A DNA stretch of 63,587 nucleotides, the filler included. It is 6 parts of 6 records of this genome, joined end to end, with 100 filler letters (N's around TTAATTAATTAA, not from the genome) between each part and the next. Parts side by side here need not be neighbours in the genome. Positions count along the whole stretch, not along the records: positions 8,482 to 27,389 come from SRR31156797_13809; 5 more parts are not named here. One strand, written 5' to 3'. Within the stretch, counting starts at the first letter, position 1, and each line of letters begins with the position of its first letter. Of this stretch, positions 8,483 to 19,306 are shown piece by piece. The notes under the pieces are model-generated. The model saw only the letters and a list, made by a program, of their open reading frames with translations. It did no database searches and was not told where the DNA came from. Position numbers and translations under genes: made by a program.

Positions 8483-9001
8483 TGGGGTATGGCAGAGCTA
8501 ATTGATATTTTAGGCGGAGTAAATGTAAATCTCACAGAAGCAGAAATTGAAGTTCTAAACATTTATGTATTAGGTCATAATAAACTGTGCAATTATGAAA
8601 ACTTACAACAGGACATCTATACAGGCCAAGCTGGTGATGTTACCATCAATGGTCGTCAAGCAGTAGCTTATATGAGAAATCGCAAGATTGGGGCAGACTA
8701 TGAAAGAGTGAAAAGGCAGTACGAAGTGCTTCATGCTCTAAAGCATGAACTATCTGATATGAGTTTTTTAGAAATTAATAAGATAATCACTAAGCTTCCA
8801 GATATACTCTCTACAGATATGACACAGATAGAAATAATAAAGACTGCATCAACTTTATTCAAAATGCGTGACTGCGAGATGGAACATGCCCGGGTTCCAT
8901 TTGATAATACATTTCAATCGTCAACCTATAAGAAAATGTGGATACTGGATATTGACTTTGACGAAAACAGAGAATTACTCAATGAGTTTATCTATGAATA
9001 G
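8483..9001 (+). CDS. LCP (LytR-CpsA-Psr) family protein, 5'-truncated
   Basis: LIDILGGVNV, INGRQAVAYMRNR, DYERVKRQ motifs; frame is open to the contig edge. Confidence 0.88.
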   Translation, partial: WGMAELIDILGGVNVNLTEAEIEVLNIYVLGHNKLCNYENLQQDIYTGQAGDVTINGRQAVAYMRNRKIGADYERVKRQYEVLHALKHELSDMSFLEINKIITKLPDILSTDMTQIEIIKTASTLFKMRDCEMEHARVPFDNTFQSSTYKKMWILDIDFDENRELLNEFIYE

Positions 9002-9182
9002 TAATTCAAGCGTGTATTAAAAAATCTCAAAAGGTGGGGTCAGCTCCGCCTTTATGTATTGTTTAAATAATATAGATAATTTTTAGTATATTGTTAATAT
9101 GGAATAAAATACTTACATCTGTCTTTTTTATTGCCTCGTAATGTGTTAAAATACTTTTTGGTACATTGATTAAGAGGTAAAT

Positions 9183-10415
9183 ATGAAAAAATTCTTTATT
9201 ATAGTAATTATATTATGCACTGTGTTGGCTCTTTCATCATGCTCTACGCTCCTTTATATATTAGAAGAAGCCCAAGAGACTGATTCACAAACATCAGATT
9301 TGGAGCTGGATACTACATCAAGTGATAAGAAAATAACAACTGATATGCCTACATTACCAGACTTGGATTACTCAGATATGAAACTTCTGGAAGATGGTTA
9401 CGAGATAGTAGAATTCCGTACAAATCCTGATGGGGATACAGCAACATTTATTGTAAGCGGTACACCGCTTGTTACTCGCTTTCTGGCAATTGACACACCT
9501 GAGATGAATTACGATGAAAACAATCCCGAACCATATGCAGAGCAAGCACTTGAATATACTGAAAACATACTAAAAAATGCCGATACTATCATTCTGGAAA
9601 TTGACGAAGAAAGCGATATTTTTGACGACTACGACAGGCTCTTGGCATGGGTATGGGCAGATGGCGAACTTGTTAATTACGGCTTGGTAAGCCAAGGATA
9701 TGCCTATGTAAAGTATTTATACGGTGATTACAAGTATAACAATGTACTGCTGGAACTAGAATCTGAAGTAGAAAACTATGGTATAGGACTGTGGGGAGGA
9801 AATGTACCATTACCTACAGAAAATACTACTAATCTAAACACAAATAACTCAGAAGCCTCCTCAATAGCAATATCTGATGCGAGAAATGCAAGCATTGACT
9901 CAAAAGTAGAAGTAACTGGTGTTGTTACAAACATTATTGGTAACTCTGCATTCATTCAGGATGAAACAGGCGGTATATACGTCTATGCAAAGAAGAATTA
10001 TAATGAACTAGAAATCGGCAATGAAATTCAAATAGCAGGTAAGATAGCTGAATATAATAATCTTCTTGAAATAACTGACATTGGAGATAAGATAATAACT
10101 ATACTTAATACTAATATTAGTACTGAGCCAAAAGTTGTAGAATTGAATCAGCTAGGGGAAAGTCTGGAGGCTCAATATATCAGAGTCAATAACCTGACAA
10201 TAAAAGACATAGAAACATCCAGCGAAAAAGGATACAATATCTACGTAACTGACGGCAATACTACGGGTGTAATCCGAATCGACAGATATCTTTCGCCATA
10301 CCCTGATTCTTCATTTGTATCAATTGGTGATAATATTGACGTAGTTGGAAACGTCGCACAACATATGGATTCATACCAAATAATGATTGGCTCAGAGTAT
10401 GATATAATAAAGTAA
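9183..10415 (+). CDS. Lipoprotein with thermonuclease (SNase) domain and C-terminal OB-fold domains
   Basis: Lipobox LSSC; DGDT, RFLAIDTPE, DDYDRLLAWVW, LVSQGYA; C-terminal VTGVVT...FIQDETGGIYVY. Confidence 0.85.
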   Translation: MKKFFIIVIILCTVLALSSCSTLLYILEEAQETDSQTSDLELDTTSSDKKITTDMPTLPDLDYSDMKLLEDGYEIVEFRTNPDGDTATFIVSGTPLVTRFLAIDTPEMNYDENNPEPYAEQALEYTENILKNADTIILEIDEESDIFDDYDRLLAWVWADGELVNYGLVSQGYAYVKYLYGDYKYNNVLLELESEVENYGIGLWGGNVPLPTENTTNLNTNNSEASSIAISDARNASIDSKVEVTGVVTNIIGNSAFIQDETGGIYVYAKKNYNELEIGNEIQIAGKIAEYNNLLEITDIGDKIITILNTNISTEPKVVELNQLGESLEAQYIRVNNLTIKDIETSSEKGYNIYVTDGNTTGVIRIDRYLSPYPDSSFVSIGDNIDVVGNVAQHMDSYQIMIGSEYDIIK

Positions 10416-10442
10416 GTACATTAAATATACAAGGAGTGTGTA

Positions 10443-11093
10443 TTGAAATATAAATATATTCTATTTGACTTAGACGGAACAATAATCGACTCACAAAAAG
10501 GTATTACAAACGGTGTAAAGTATACACTGAATAAATTAGGTATTACTGAATACGATATGGATAGCCTGACTAAGTTCATTGGCCCTCCTTTGGAATATTC
10601 ATTCCGTGAATTCTATTCATTAAATGAGGAAAAAACAAAAGAAGCAGTATCTTATTACAGAGAATATTATTCGGCAAAGGGTATAATGGAAGTTGAACTC
10701 TACGAAGGAATATATACAGTACTAAAGATACTAAAACAAAATGGTGCAATGATAGGTATAGCAACTGGAAAACCTACAATATATGCAAGAGAAATCGTAA
10801 ATAGCTTAGGACTTGATAAATATATTGATGCTTTAGTAGGCTGTAATCTGGACGGTACACAGCACGATAAGGCTGAAGTAATGCAATTGGCTCTAAAGGA
10901 TATGAATGCACAAAATAATGCAGATGTATTAATGATTGGAGACAGATTATTTGATATTATAGGTGCAAGGGAGTGTAATGTCGATTCCATTGCAGTACTA
11001 TATGGCTTTGGCTCACAGGAAGAATTGGAAAAGGAAAATCCCACTTTCACTGTCAATAAGCCAATAGAGATACTGGACATTGTATTTGATTAG
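10443..11093 (+). CDS. HAD-superfamily phosphatase (phosphoglycolate phosphatase/5'-nucleotidase-like)
   Basis: FDLDGTIIDS, FIGPPL, ATGK, MIGDRLFDIIGA. Confidence 0.9.
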   Translation: MKYKYILFDLDGTIIDSQKGITNGVKYTLNKLGITEYDMDSLTKFIGPPLEYSFREFYSLNEEKTKEAVSYYREYYSAKGIMEVELYEGIYTVLKILKQNGAMIGIATGKPTIYAREIVNSLGLDKYIDALVGCNLDGTQHDKAEVMQLALKDMNAQNNADVLMIGDRLFDIIGARECNVDSIAVLYGFGSQEELEKENPTFTVNKPIEILDIVFD

Positions 11094-11140
11094 AGAATAA
11101 CATAAATATCGTACTATATAGTCTGAAAAGGGGAGATATT

Positions 11141-12274
11141 ATGGAATATCGTGAATTCGGAAAAACTGGAGAAAAGCTAAGTATACTGGGATTTGGCGCT
11201 ATGCGTCTACCTGTACTAGATGATGACAACGGAAAAATCAACTATCCTGAAGCAATAAAAATGGTAAGGCATGCAATTGACAATGGTGTAAATTATCTTG
11301 ACACAGCGTACCCTTATCATAAAAGAACAAGCGAAGCATTCTGTGCTGCTGCACTAAAGGACGGATATAGAGAAAAGGTAAAACTGGCAACAAAATTGCC
11401 TTCATGGTCAGTAAATGAACATGATGACATGATGAAATATCTGGACGAACAATTAAAGATATTGGAAGTAAATCAGATTGATTTCTATCTTCTTCATAAT
11501 TTGAACACAAAATTCTGGGAAACTTACAAAAAATGTGACTATAAGTCATTCATTGAAGAAGCAAAAAAATCCGGAAAAATTAAGTATATGGGCTTCTCAT
11601 TCCATGATAATCTGGATTTATTTAAAGAAATTGTTGATGATTACCCTTGGGATTTCTGCCAGATTCAGCTTAATTACCTTGATGAAGAATATCAAGCTGG
11701 TCTAGAAGGCTTGAAGTACGCTCACGAAAGAGGCTTGGGAGTAATCATTATGGAGCCATTAAGAGGCGGTGCACTAGCCGGCGGAGACAATCTGCCTGAT
11801 GATATTAAAGCACTATGGGATAGTGCTGAGACCAAGCATACTCCAGTAGAGTGGGCACTAAAATATCTATGGGATAAAGAGGAAATAAGCGTAGTACTTA
11901 GCGGAATGTCTGCTATGGAACACGTTGAGGAGAATTTGGCTACTGCCAGCGACTCAGAAGTAAATTCATTAACTGACAATGAAAGAGCATTAATCAAAAA
12001 GGTTTCAGATATTTATCAAAACAGAATGCCGGTAAACTGTACTAAATGCAGATACTGCATGCCTTGCCCTCAGGAAGTGGATATACCCGGGAATTTTTGG
12101 GTGTACAATCACAGTGCAATGTTTAATGACTTTGATGGAGCAAAAAAGCTTCTTGGCTGGATAGGCAAGGATGCATCTAACTGTATTCAATGCGGAATAT
12201 GCGAATCAAAATGCCCACAGAATATAGAAATTGTAAAGCATTTGGCAGATATGGTAGAGGTTTTTGATCTGTAA
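11141..12274 (+). CDS. Aldo/keto reductase with C-terminal 4Fe-4S dicluster
   Basis: LGFGAMRLP, DTAYPYH, GFSFHD, MEPLRGG; CTKCRYCMPCP and CIQCGICESKCPQ. Confidence 0.92.
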   Translation: MEYREFGKTGEKLSILGFGAMRLPVLDDDNGKINYPEAIKMVRHAIDNGVNYLDTAYPYHKRTSEAFCAAALKDGYREKVKLATKLPSWSVNEHDDMMKYLDEQLKILEVNQIDFYLLHNLNTKFWETYKKCDYKSFIEEAKKSGKIKYMGFSFHDNLDLFKEIVDDYPWDFCQIQLNYLDEEYQAGLEGLKYAHERGLGVIIMEPLRGGALAGGDNLPDDIKALWDSAETKHTPVEWALKYLWDKEEISVVLSGMSAMEHVEENLATASDSEVNSLTDNERALIKKVSDIYQNRMPVNCTKCRYCMPCPQEVDIPGNFWVYNHSAMFNDFDGAKKLLGWIGKDASNCIQCGICESKCPQNIEIVKHLADMVEVFDL

Positions 12275-12295
12275 TAAACAAAACTAATAGACATC

Positions 12296-12325
12296 AAAAA
12301 GCACAGCTGAAAACTGCTGTGCTTT
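12296..12325. terminator. Probable bidirectional terminator between the reductase and leuS
   Basis: AAAAAGCACAGC...GCTGTGCTTT between convergent genes. Confidence 0.7.
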
Positions 12326-12352
12326 ATATTTATTGTTTACTCGCATTATCTT

Positions 12353-14761
12353 TTATTTTACTACGATATTTACAATCCTGCCCTTTACTACAATAATTTT
12401 CATAATATTCTTGCCATCGGTATGGGATTTAACTTTTGTACTTGCAAGAGCCTGCTCACGAATTGTATCTTCCTCAGCATCAGCAGCAATTTCTATAGTA
12501 TCACGAACCTTACCGTTTACCTGTACTGCTATCTTTATAGTGTCATCTATACACTTTGCTTCATCCCACTCAGGCCATTTTCTTAATGAAAGCAATCCTT
12601 CGCCACCCAAGTTCTCATAGATTTCCTCTGTCATATGTGGAGCTACAGGATTAAGCAGAGTTATCAGTATAATCAGCTCCTGCTTAGAGATTGAGCCTTT
12701 TGCATAAATCTCATTAACGAAAGTCATCATCTGAGCAATAGCAGTGTTGAATTTCATTGCTTCATAGTCCAGTGTTACCTTCTTGATAGTCTTATGCACC
12801 AGACTCTCTACATCGCTTCTGATATCTTCACCCTCTATCATATCCTGCATACGCCATACTCTGTCCAGGAACCTTCTGCATCCCTTAACGCCCTTTGTTG
12901 ACCATGGAATAGGCTGGTCAAAAGCACCCATAAACATCTCGTATGTTCTGAATGCATCTGAACCAAAATCATCAATCATGTCATCAGGATTGACCACATT
13001 CCCTCGTGATTTACTCATCTTTTCGTTGTTTCCACCTAGTATCATTCCTTGGCTTGTGCGCTTTTGGTATGGCTCAGGTGTATTTACAACGCCGATATCA
13101 TACAGGAACTTGTGCCAGAATCTAGAATACAACAGATGCAGTGTGGTATGCTCCATACCGCCGTTGTACCAGTCTACAGGCATCCAGTAGTTGATTTTTT
13201 CTTTAGCTGCCAATTCATCATCGTTGTGCGGATCAATGTATCTTAAGAAATACCATGATGAACCTGCCCACTGAGGCATAGTATCAGTTTCACGCTTTGC
13301 ACTCTTTCCGCACTTTGGACATGTAGTATTTACCCAATCCGTCAGCGGTGCTAATGGTGATTCGCCGTTTTCTCCCGGCTTAAACTCATCCACTTCAGGC
13401 AAAGTCAGCGGCAGTTGCTCAAATGGTACTGGTACCCATCCGCAGGTATCACAGTACACCAATGGGATTGGCTCACCCCAATATCTCTGTCTGGAAAATA
13501 CCCAGTCACGCAGTTTGTAATTAACTGTCTTTGTTCCAACGCCCTTTTCCTCTAAATATGCAATTATCTTCTTCTTGGCATCAGGTACTTTTAGTCCATC
13601 AATAATGCCTGAATTAATTAACACCCCGTTTGCACTGTCAGTATAGGCTTCTTCCTCAATATTACCGCCTGCTACAACCTCAATAATCGGCAAATTGTAG
13701 ACTTTAGCAAACTCATAGTCACGGGTATCATGAGCAGGAACAGCCATAATAGCACCCGTACCATAGGTTACAAGTACATAGTCAGCAATATATACAGGTA
13801 TCTCGTTATTATTAACGGGATTTATAGCTTTTAATCCCTTTAGCTCAACACCTGTCTTTTCCTTGTTTAGCTCCGTACGCTCCATATCTGACTTCATAGC
13901 AGTTTTCTTCTGGTATTCACGCACTTCATCAATATTTGTTATCTCATCTTTATATGTTTCAACAAGGGGATGCTCTGGAGAAACAACCATATATGTTGCA
14001 CCATACAATGTATCAGGGCGAGTAGTAAATACCCTGATTTTGTAATCATGATTTGCTAATTGGAAGTCAACTTCTGCGCCTTCTGAACGACCAATCCAGT
14101 TCTTCTGCTGGATTTTAACTCTATCGATAAAATCAATTGTATCTAAATCGTCAATCAATCTCTGAGCATATTTTGTAATCTTCAGCATCCACTGCTCTTT
14201 TGTCTTTCGGACAACATCAGTACCGCATCTTTCACAGCTTCCGTCTACTACTTCCTCATTTGCCAAACCAACTTTACAGCTAGGGCAGTAGTTAATATTC
14301 ATCTTGTCCTTATATGCTAAGCCATTTTCAAATAACTTAATAAAAATCCACTGGGTCCATTTATAATAAGCTGGGTCTGTTGTATAGACCTCCCTGTCAT
14401 AGTCAAATGCAAAGCCAATTTTCTGCAGCTGCATTCTGAAATTATCTACATTGTTTTTTGTAACCTCTGCAGGATGTATATTATGCTTAATAGCAAAGTT
14501 CTCTGTTGGCAGACCAAATGCATCCCAACCGATAGGGTAGAGCACATTGTACCCTTCCATTCTCTTTTTGCGAGATATAATATCCAGAGCTGTATATGAG
14601 CGTGGATGGCCTACATGGAGACCATTGCCGGATGGATATGGAAACTCAACCAAACAATAATATTTTGGCCTAGTAAAGTCATCCGTTGCGGCATATGCTT
14701 TCTTATCAAGCCATACTTTCTGCCACTTTTTTTCTATCTTACTTGGAATATAATCAGCCAT
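12353..14761 (-). CDS. leuS: Leucine--tRNA ligase
   Basis: [13 protein letters not shown] (HIGH), [36 protein letters not shown]. Confidence 0.98.
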   Translation of the reverse strand: MADYIPSKIEKKWQKVWLDKKAYAATDDFTRPKYYCLVEFPYPSGNGLHVGHPRSYTALDIISRKKRMEGYNVLYPIGWDAFGLPTENFAIKHNIHPAEVTKNNVDNFRMQLQKIGFAFDYDREVYTTDPAYYKWTQWIFIKLFENGLAYKDKMNINYCPSCKVGLANEEVVDGSCERCGTDVVRKTKEQWMLKITKYAQRLIDDLDTIDFIDRVKIQQKNWIGRSEGAEVDFQLANHDYKIRVFTTRPDTLYGATYMVVSPEHPLVETYKDEITNIDEVREYQKKTAMKSDMERTELNKEKTGVELKGLKAINPVNNNEIPVYIADYVLVTYGTGAIMAVPAHDTRDYEFAKVYNLPIIEVVAGGNIEEEAYTDSANGVLINSGIIDGLKVPDAKKKIIAYLEEKGVGTKTVNYKLRDWVFSRQRYWGEPIPLVYCDTCGWVPVPFEQLPLTLPEVDEFKPGENGESPLAPLTDWVNTTCPKCGKSAKRETDTMPQWAGSSWYFLRYIDPHNDDELAAKEKINYWMPVDWYNGGMEHTTLHLLYSRFWHKFLYDIGVVNTPEPYQKRTSQGMILGGNNEKMSKSRGNVVNPDDMIDDFGSDAFRTYEMFMGAFDQPIPWSTKGVKGCRRFLDRVWRMQDMIEGEDIRSDVESLVHKTIKKVTLDYEAMKFNTAIAQMMTFVNEIYAKGSISKQELIILITLLNPVAPHMTEEIYENLGGEGLLSLRKWPEWDEAKCIDDTIKIAVQVNGKVRDTIEIAADAEEDTIREQALASTKVKSHTDGKNIMKIIVVKGRIVNIVVK

Positions 14762-14824
14762 TTGAAATCCTTTGTTAAACTTCGGTGTTTAACCCTTTCT
14801 ATGTAAAAATATAATCTAGTTGAT

Positions 14825-14853
14825 ATTGTAATATGTTGCATGTCGTAAGTCAA
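14825..14853 (-). promoter_or_regulatory. Sigma-A promoter of leuS
   Basis: TTGACT-N17-TACAAT on the minus strand. Confidence 0.65.
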
Positions 14854-14966
14854 GGTAAGAAGATATATAGATTGATAATAAACTTAAATTTATATAAATA
14901 ACCTGCATACAAAAAATCAGACACATCCTTTAAGATGTGCCTAAGTACATTTGAATTATTATAATA

Positions 14967-16118
14967 CTATTTCCTAGCTACCGTTTCCTCTACAGGCAGT
15001 GAATAATAAACTATACTTTCAAGGAAATCTCCCTGATATTCATCATTGTAATAAATAAACCCATCAGCTTGTGTCATGATGCTTGAATATGGTGTATCAA
15101 GAGTCACGTCAGCAACAGCAGGAAGAAATCCGGGATTCTCTTTAAATAATACCTCTGATTGTGCATACAGCTTGTCTATAAAGTCCGTAACAGTTTCTGT
15201 GTCAGTACCACTTACTACACCAATACTTATCGGACGAACAGGAAATGATGCCTCCTGCCCCAGATAGTTTAATTTAAATGTTCTATCAAATATATCAATA
15301 TTATTTTGATATATGTAGTTTAGTCCATAGCCGTCAACATAAGTACTTGCAACAGCATCATTTGTGTATGCTACAGCACATCCCATATCATCTACCATGC
15401 CCGAATCAGGAGGTATACATTGATTCTGCCACATAAAGTCTAGAATTGTTGCAGCGTATACATTGCCGTCGCCGTATTTATCTGTTATCTGCTTGGCATA
15501 CATTGCACTGGTGGTATCATTGCCTGCAACAGAAAATCCATATAAATAACTGTCAGTAGATATTGTCCTGGCAAATTCCATTATATCGCCGTAGTCCTGA
15601 GGAATCATAAGCTCTAAGGATTGGGCAATGTCATATCTGAATAAATACCCGTAAATGCTAAATGCAAACGGAACATAATTAGATGTAGGGTTGCTAACTG
15701 CCATCTGAGTGTAATTATATTGGCTGGTATCAAAATCTGTGTATTCTATATTCATCTTACCAAGAATATCCTGAGGGGCAATAATAACAGCATTCTCGTA
15801 GTCAGCTATTGCTTCCAAGATATCATCTATATCGCTATAATCTTTTTTTATATATATATTTTCCGTACCATACAATGTGCCAATATCATTTACAATAATC
15901 TCTATTGTATCAGCTGTATTCATATTACTAGCATCTATAACCATAAGAGGCTCGTTGGGAATTGGTGTAGCAGTCGGAACAGGTGTAGCTGCTGCTATCG
16001 AAATATCTTCTTCCTTTAGCTTGTTATTGTCATATATAACCTTACCGACAAGAAAAGCAAAAACGAGAAAAACAATTACGCTTACAGCTATCAATATTAT
16101 CTTTATTCTTTTTTCCAT
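14967..16118 (-). CDS. Membrane-anchored extracytoplasmic protein, possibly a degenerate solute-binding protein
   Basis: N-terminal TM, TPVPTATP linker, YVPF...YLFRYD segment resembling sugar-binding proteins. Confidence 0.55.
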   Translation of the reverse strand: MEKRIKIILIAVSVIVFLVFAFLVGKVIYDNNKLKEEDISIAAATPVPTATPIPNEPLMVIDASNMNTADTIEIIVNDIGTLYGTENIYIKKDYSDIDDILEAIADYENAVIIAPQDILGKMNIEYTDFDTSQYNYTQMAVSNPTSNYVPFAFSIYGYLFRYDIAQSLELMIPQDYGDIMEFARTISTDSYLYGFSVAGNDTTSAMYAKQITDKYGDGNVYAATILDFMWQNQCIPPDSGMVDDMGCAVAYTNDAVASTYVDGYGLNYIYQNNIDIFDRTFKLNYLGQEASFPVRPISIGVVSGTDTETVTDFIDKLYAQSEVLFKENPGFLPAVADVTLDTPYSSIMTQADGFIYYNDEYQGDFLESIVYYSLPVEETVARK

Positions 16119-16829
16119 CTAGAAGATTGTACCTTTTATTAAATTTATAATGAAATTCTTATAGTAATATGTATCTGCAAACCGCGAGCCATTGACGTAT
16201 CCTATAATTTCATCAAACGGCAAAAATGCAAGTATCAGCGGGATTACCATAAACACCACACTTACTAAGCCCATACCTAAGAACAATCCAAGCAAAGAGC
16301 CAGCTGCAGAGTCAAACATCCTTAGTATGGGATATGTGAAAATATAGTCTGTGATATTAATTATAATTGTAAGAATTATAAATGAAATAGAAAAGACTAG
16401 AGCAAATGAAATAATATTAAGCGTCATATGTCCAATCGTAAGCCCTAGGTATTCTCCCAATGTAGTGAGTCCGATTGAAGCATATTCCTGATTGCTTATA
16501 TTCTCTAATGCTAAATCTGCCAATGGATGGGGCAGTCCAAGATTAGAAAATATTGCTTCTATTTGTTCATAAGCTACATTATAGATATTAATGCTCTCAT
16601 ACTCAATTCCGCCCAACATCTGAGACGATTCACTAAAATGAACAATAGTGGGTACAATGTTAGGATCTGCGGCAATATCATTAGCTACAGCAGAATAAAA
16701 TATCAAAGCAATCAGCACTGATATAAAGAAATTAACTAGCGAAAAAGCAGACTTAACAAATCCCTGATTCCACCCAATCAGAGCAAACAGTCCCAAAGTA
16801 AGCAGTATAAATAAATCGATTAAATTCAA
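16119..16829 (-). CDS. CvpA (colicin V production) family membrane protein
   Basis: MNLIDLFIL...GWNQGFVKS and FDSAAGSLLG patterns. Confidence 0.8.
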   Translation of the reverse strand: MNLIDLFILLTLGLFALIGWNQGFVKSAFSLVNFFISVLIALIFYSAVANDIAADPNIVPTIVHFSESSQMLGGIEYESINIYNVAYEQIEAIFSNLGLPHPLADLALENISNQEYASIGLTTLGEYLGLTIGHMTLNIISFALVFSISFIILTIIINITDYIFTYPILRMFDSAAGSLLGLFLGMGLVSVVFMVIPLILAFLPFDEIIGYVNGSRFADTYYYKNFIINLIKGTIF

Positions 16830-16846
16830 TTAATTTGTCCTTTCTT

Positions 16847-17950
16847 TTACTTCAGAGGCAGTAGATATATATGATCACTGCCTTTTAACACCACAGCTTC
16901 TCCTGGAATAGTGCCCATTACTTCCTCAATTATGAATGACAGTTTGTCAAAAGATTTACGTTGTTTCGCTATATCATACACATACACTTCATCATCACCA
17001 ATTGCATATATATTCTCTTTCGTCATAACCGCATCAGAAATATCATTAGGTAAAGATACACGGAACTGATTTTCATCACTGCCGATATACCAGAGAGCGG
17101 ATATTGGTGACTCATATTCACCGCTTTGTGTAGTTCCCATCAAGAAGCTTATATTCTGATCGTCTACAACATAGTCCTGCATTGTCCAACCATATACCAA
17201 CTGCTCAGTTTCCTTCACACTAGTATAGCTATAGGACTGAATATGATGAGTACCTACAATATAGACCACATCTCTTAAAGGAATAATATCATAACAAACC
17301 TGATTCAATATAGAAATAGAGCCAGTCATTGATTTACCGGGGTGATCAGTCCTCACCTTAGTAATAGGTATAGTACCATGAGAGTCCAGCAGGAGTACCC
17401 ATAATTGTTTTCCAGTACTGCCGAAAAAGCCAAGATTCATCATACTCTGATATGGAAAGAGCATATCACTGACTTCATTTGCTTCATAGTCATAAATTCT
17501 GGCTTTATACTGTTCTTCTTCAATAGTAGCTAGTACAAAATAATCCTCACTCGTTCTGCCAAACAGTATTTCGCTGTCAGCAGTCACAAGATACTTTGTC
17601 AGAATTTCAACACCCTTTTCATTATAAATCAAAGCAGTTTCACTATCCCAAACAACAGTTGCATTGCCTGATCTGTATGCCTGCATATCATATTTGGGCA
17701 AGTCAACCCGAAGCTCTTCCTTGCCATTTTTGTCATACCAGATAAGTTCCTTCTGGTCAACTACAACTAAGCCGTCTTCATACGGATAAACCTTAGAATA
17801 GACTGAGCAATTCAGTTCTACCATTTGTTTTTCCAGTTTGGTTACCGGCTGTATTATAAAGAAGATCCATATATTTATTAATATTACAACCAATGCAATG
17901 GCTACACCAATTGTATATTTTAACACTTTACGTTTTGTCGAATATCTCAA
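16847..17950 (-). CDS. Membrane-anchored beta-propeller-like protein (DUF5711-like)
   Basis: Single N-terminal TM, beta-rich repeats, TTG start with GGAGG RBS, adjacent to cvpA as often seen in Clostridia. Confidence 0.55.
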   Translation of the reverse strand: MRYSTKRKVLKYTIGVAIALVVILINIWIFFIIQPVTKLEKQMVELNCSVYSKVYPYEDGLVVVDQKELIWYDKNGKEELRVDLPKYDMQAYRSGNATVVWDSETALIYNEKGVEILTKYLVTADSEILFGRTSEDYFVLATIEEEQYKARIYDYEANEVSDMLFPYQSMMNLGFFGSTGKQLWVLLLDSHGTIPITKVRTDHPGKSMTGSISILNQVCYDIIPLRDVVYIVGTHHIQSYSYTSVKETEQLVYGWTMQDYVVDDQNISFLMGTTQSGEYESPISALWYIGSDENQFRVSLPNDISDAVMTKENIYAIGDDEVYVYDIAKQRKSFDKLSFIIEEVMGTIPGEAVVLKGSDHIYLLPLK

Positions 17951-18263
17951 AATTCCTCCAAAATGATATTAGATTTCGCTTTATGCAAAGAACATCATCT
18001 CGTAATTATCAAATGATATTATACTACAGATATATTAAAGGTGCAAAAAAACTTTTTGTTTATTATTGTATAATTGAGTTCTCATATATCAATAAGTAAT
18101 CAAGAAACCTTATACGAATATTTCAAAATTTTTCACTATTAGATACTATTTTTGTCACTATAATTTATTATATTTGAAAAAGCTGAATTTTTGGATATAT
18201 TAACCATCCAATTCAGAAAGCATATATTGTATATAAATCAGAAAGCGGTTAGAATATATAAAC

Positions 18264-18932
18264 ATGGAAAAAAGAGAAAATAAAAAAACTGTTAACATTA
18301 TAATATCTGTATTGCTGACAGGATTAGTAATCATCCTAGTATTCTTCTATGACAGAATATTTGGTCTCTCACAGAGTGCTCTAAAGGATAAAATTGAATC
18401 ATATGGAACTTTTGCGCCAATTGTGTTTTTCATTGTACAATTTCTACAGGTTATAATATCTCCAATTCCCGGTAATATAACAACCATGGCAGGTGGTGCA
18501 ATCTTTGGCTTTGGAAAAGCATTTTTAATCTCATCTGCTGCAATAATATTGGGAGCCATTGCAGGATTTGCTTTGGCAAGAAAATTCGGTAAACCATTAG
18601 TAATTCGAATAGTCGGCAAAGAAAACACAGAAAAATATTTAGATACATTATCAAATACAAAAACAAAAAAGCTGATTTTCATTTTGGTAATGCTTCTGCC
18701 GTTTTTTCCAGACGATATAATTTGCTTTATAGCAGGGCTGACAGAAATGAAATGGATCTTCTACCTATCTTCAATTATCATTACCAGACCAATAGGATTG
18801 CTTATTGCGGCTTTTATCGGTTCAAGAGGTTTGACATATGAGCCATGGATGTGGATAACTATGGCTGCTGTTTTCATTCTTACAATTGTCCTTTCATTAG
18901 GCATATTCAGGTATATTGATAACCATAAATAA
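18264..18932 (+). CDS. TVP38/TMEM64 (DedA/VTT) family membrane protein
   Basis: LQVIISPIPG, GGAIFG, LLPFFPDDIICFIAGLT. Confidence 0.9.
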   Translation: MEKRENKKTVNIIISVLLTGLVIILVFFYDRIFGLSQSALKDKIESYGTFAPIVFFIVQFLQVIISPIPGNITTMAGGAIFGFGKAFLISSAAIILGAIAGFALARKFGKPLVIRIVGKENTEKYLDTLSNTKTKKLIFILVMLLPFFPDDIICFIAGLTEMKWIFYLSSIIITRPIGLLIAAFIGSRGLTYEPWMWITMAAVFILTIVLSLGIFRYIDNHK

Positions 18933-18936
18933 ACAG

Positions 18937-19232
18937 TAATTCACAATTTACTAAGCATTAATTAACAATAATTAACCCACTTATGCACAAATTATGTGGA
19001 TAAGTCAGTTGTTTTTGTGAATAAGTGAGGATTTTCATGATTGTTACTCTTTTAATTTCACTTTTTAATAACTTGCAATTCACATATATGAACACTTTAT
19101 TAACAACTAATGTTAACAATTAAATGATATTAATTTTACACTATTGATTAATAGGTTTTACACTTACTCAAATTCATAAGCAAAGTAATTATTTCACGTT
19201 TGCAAAGAATTTATACTTAAAAGCTATGCACA
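18937..19232. promoter_or_regulatory. Cluster of DnaA boxes
   Basis: TTATGCACA 18981-18989, TGTGGATAA 18995-19003 (perfect), TGTGAATAA 19016-19024; one-mismatch boxes at 18937, 19097 and 19224. Confidence 0.65.
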
Positions 19233-19306
19233 TATAATTTGGTTTGTATTAGATTATTATACTATATATATGATATAATAAAGTAGTATAAAGAAATATT
19301 TAACTA

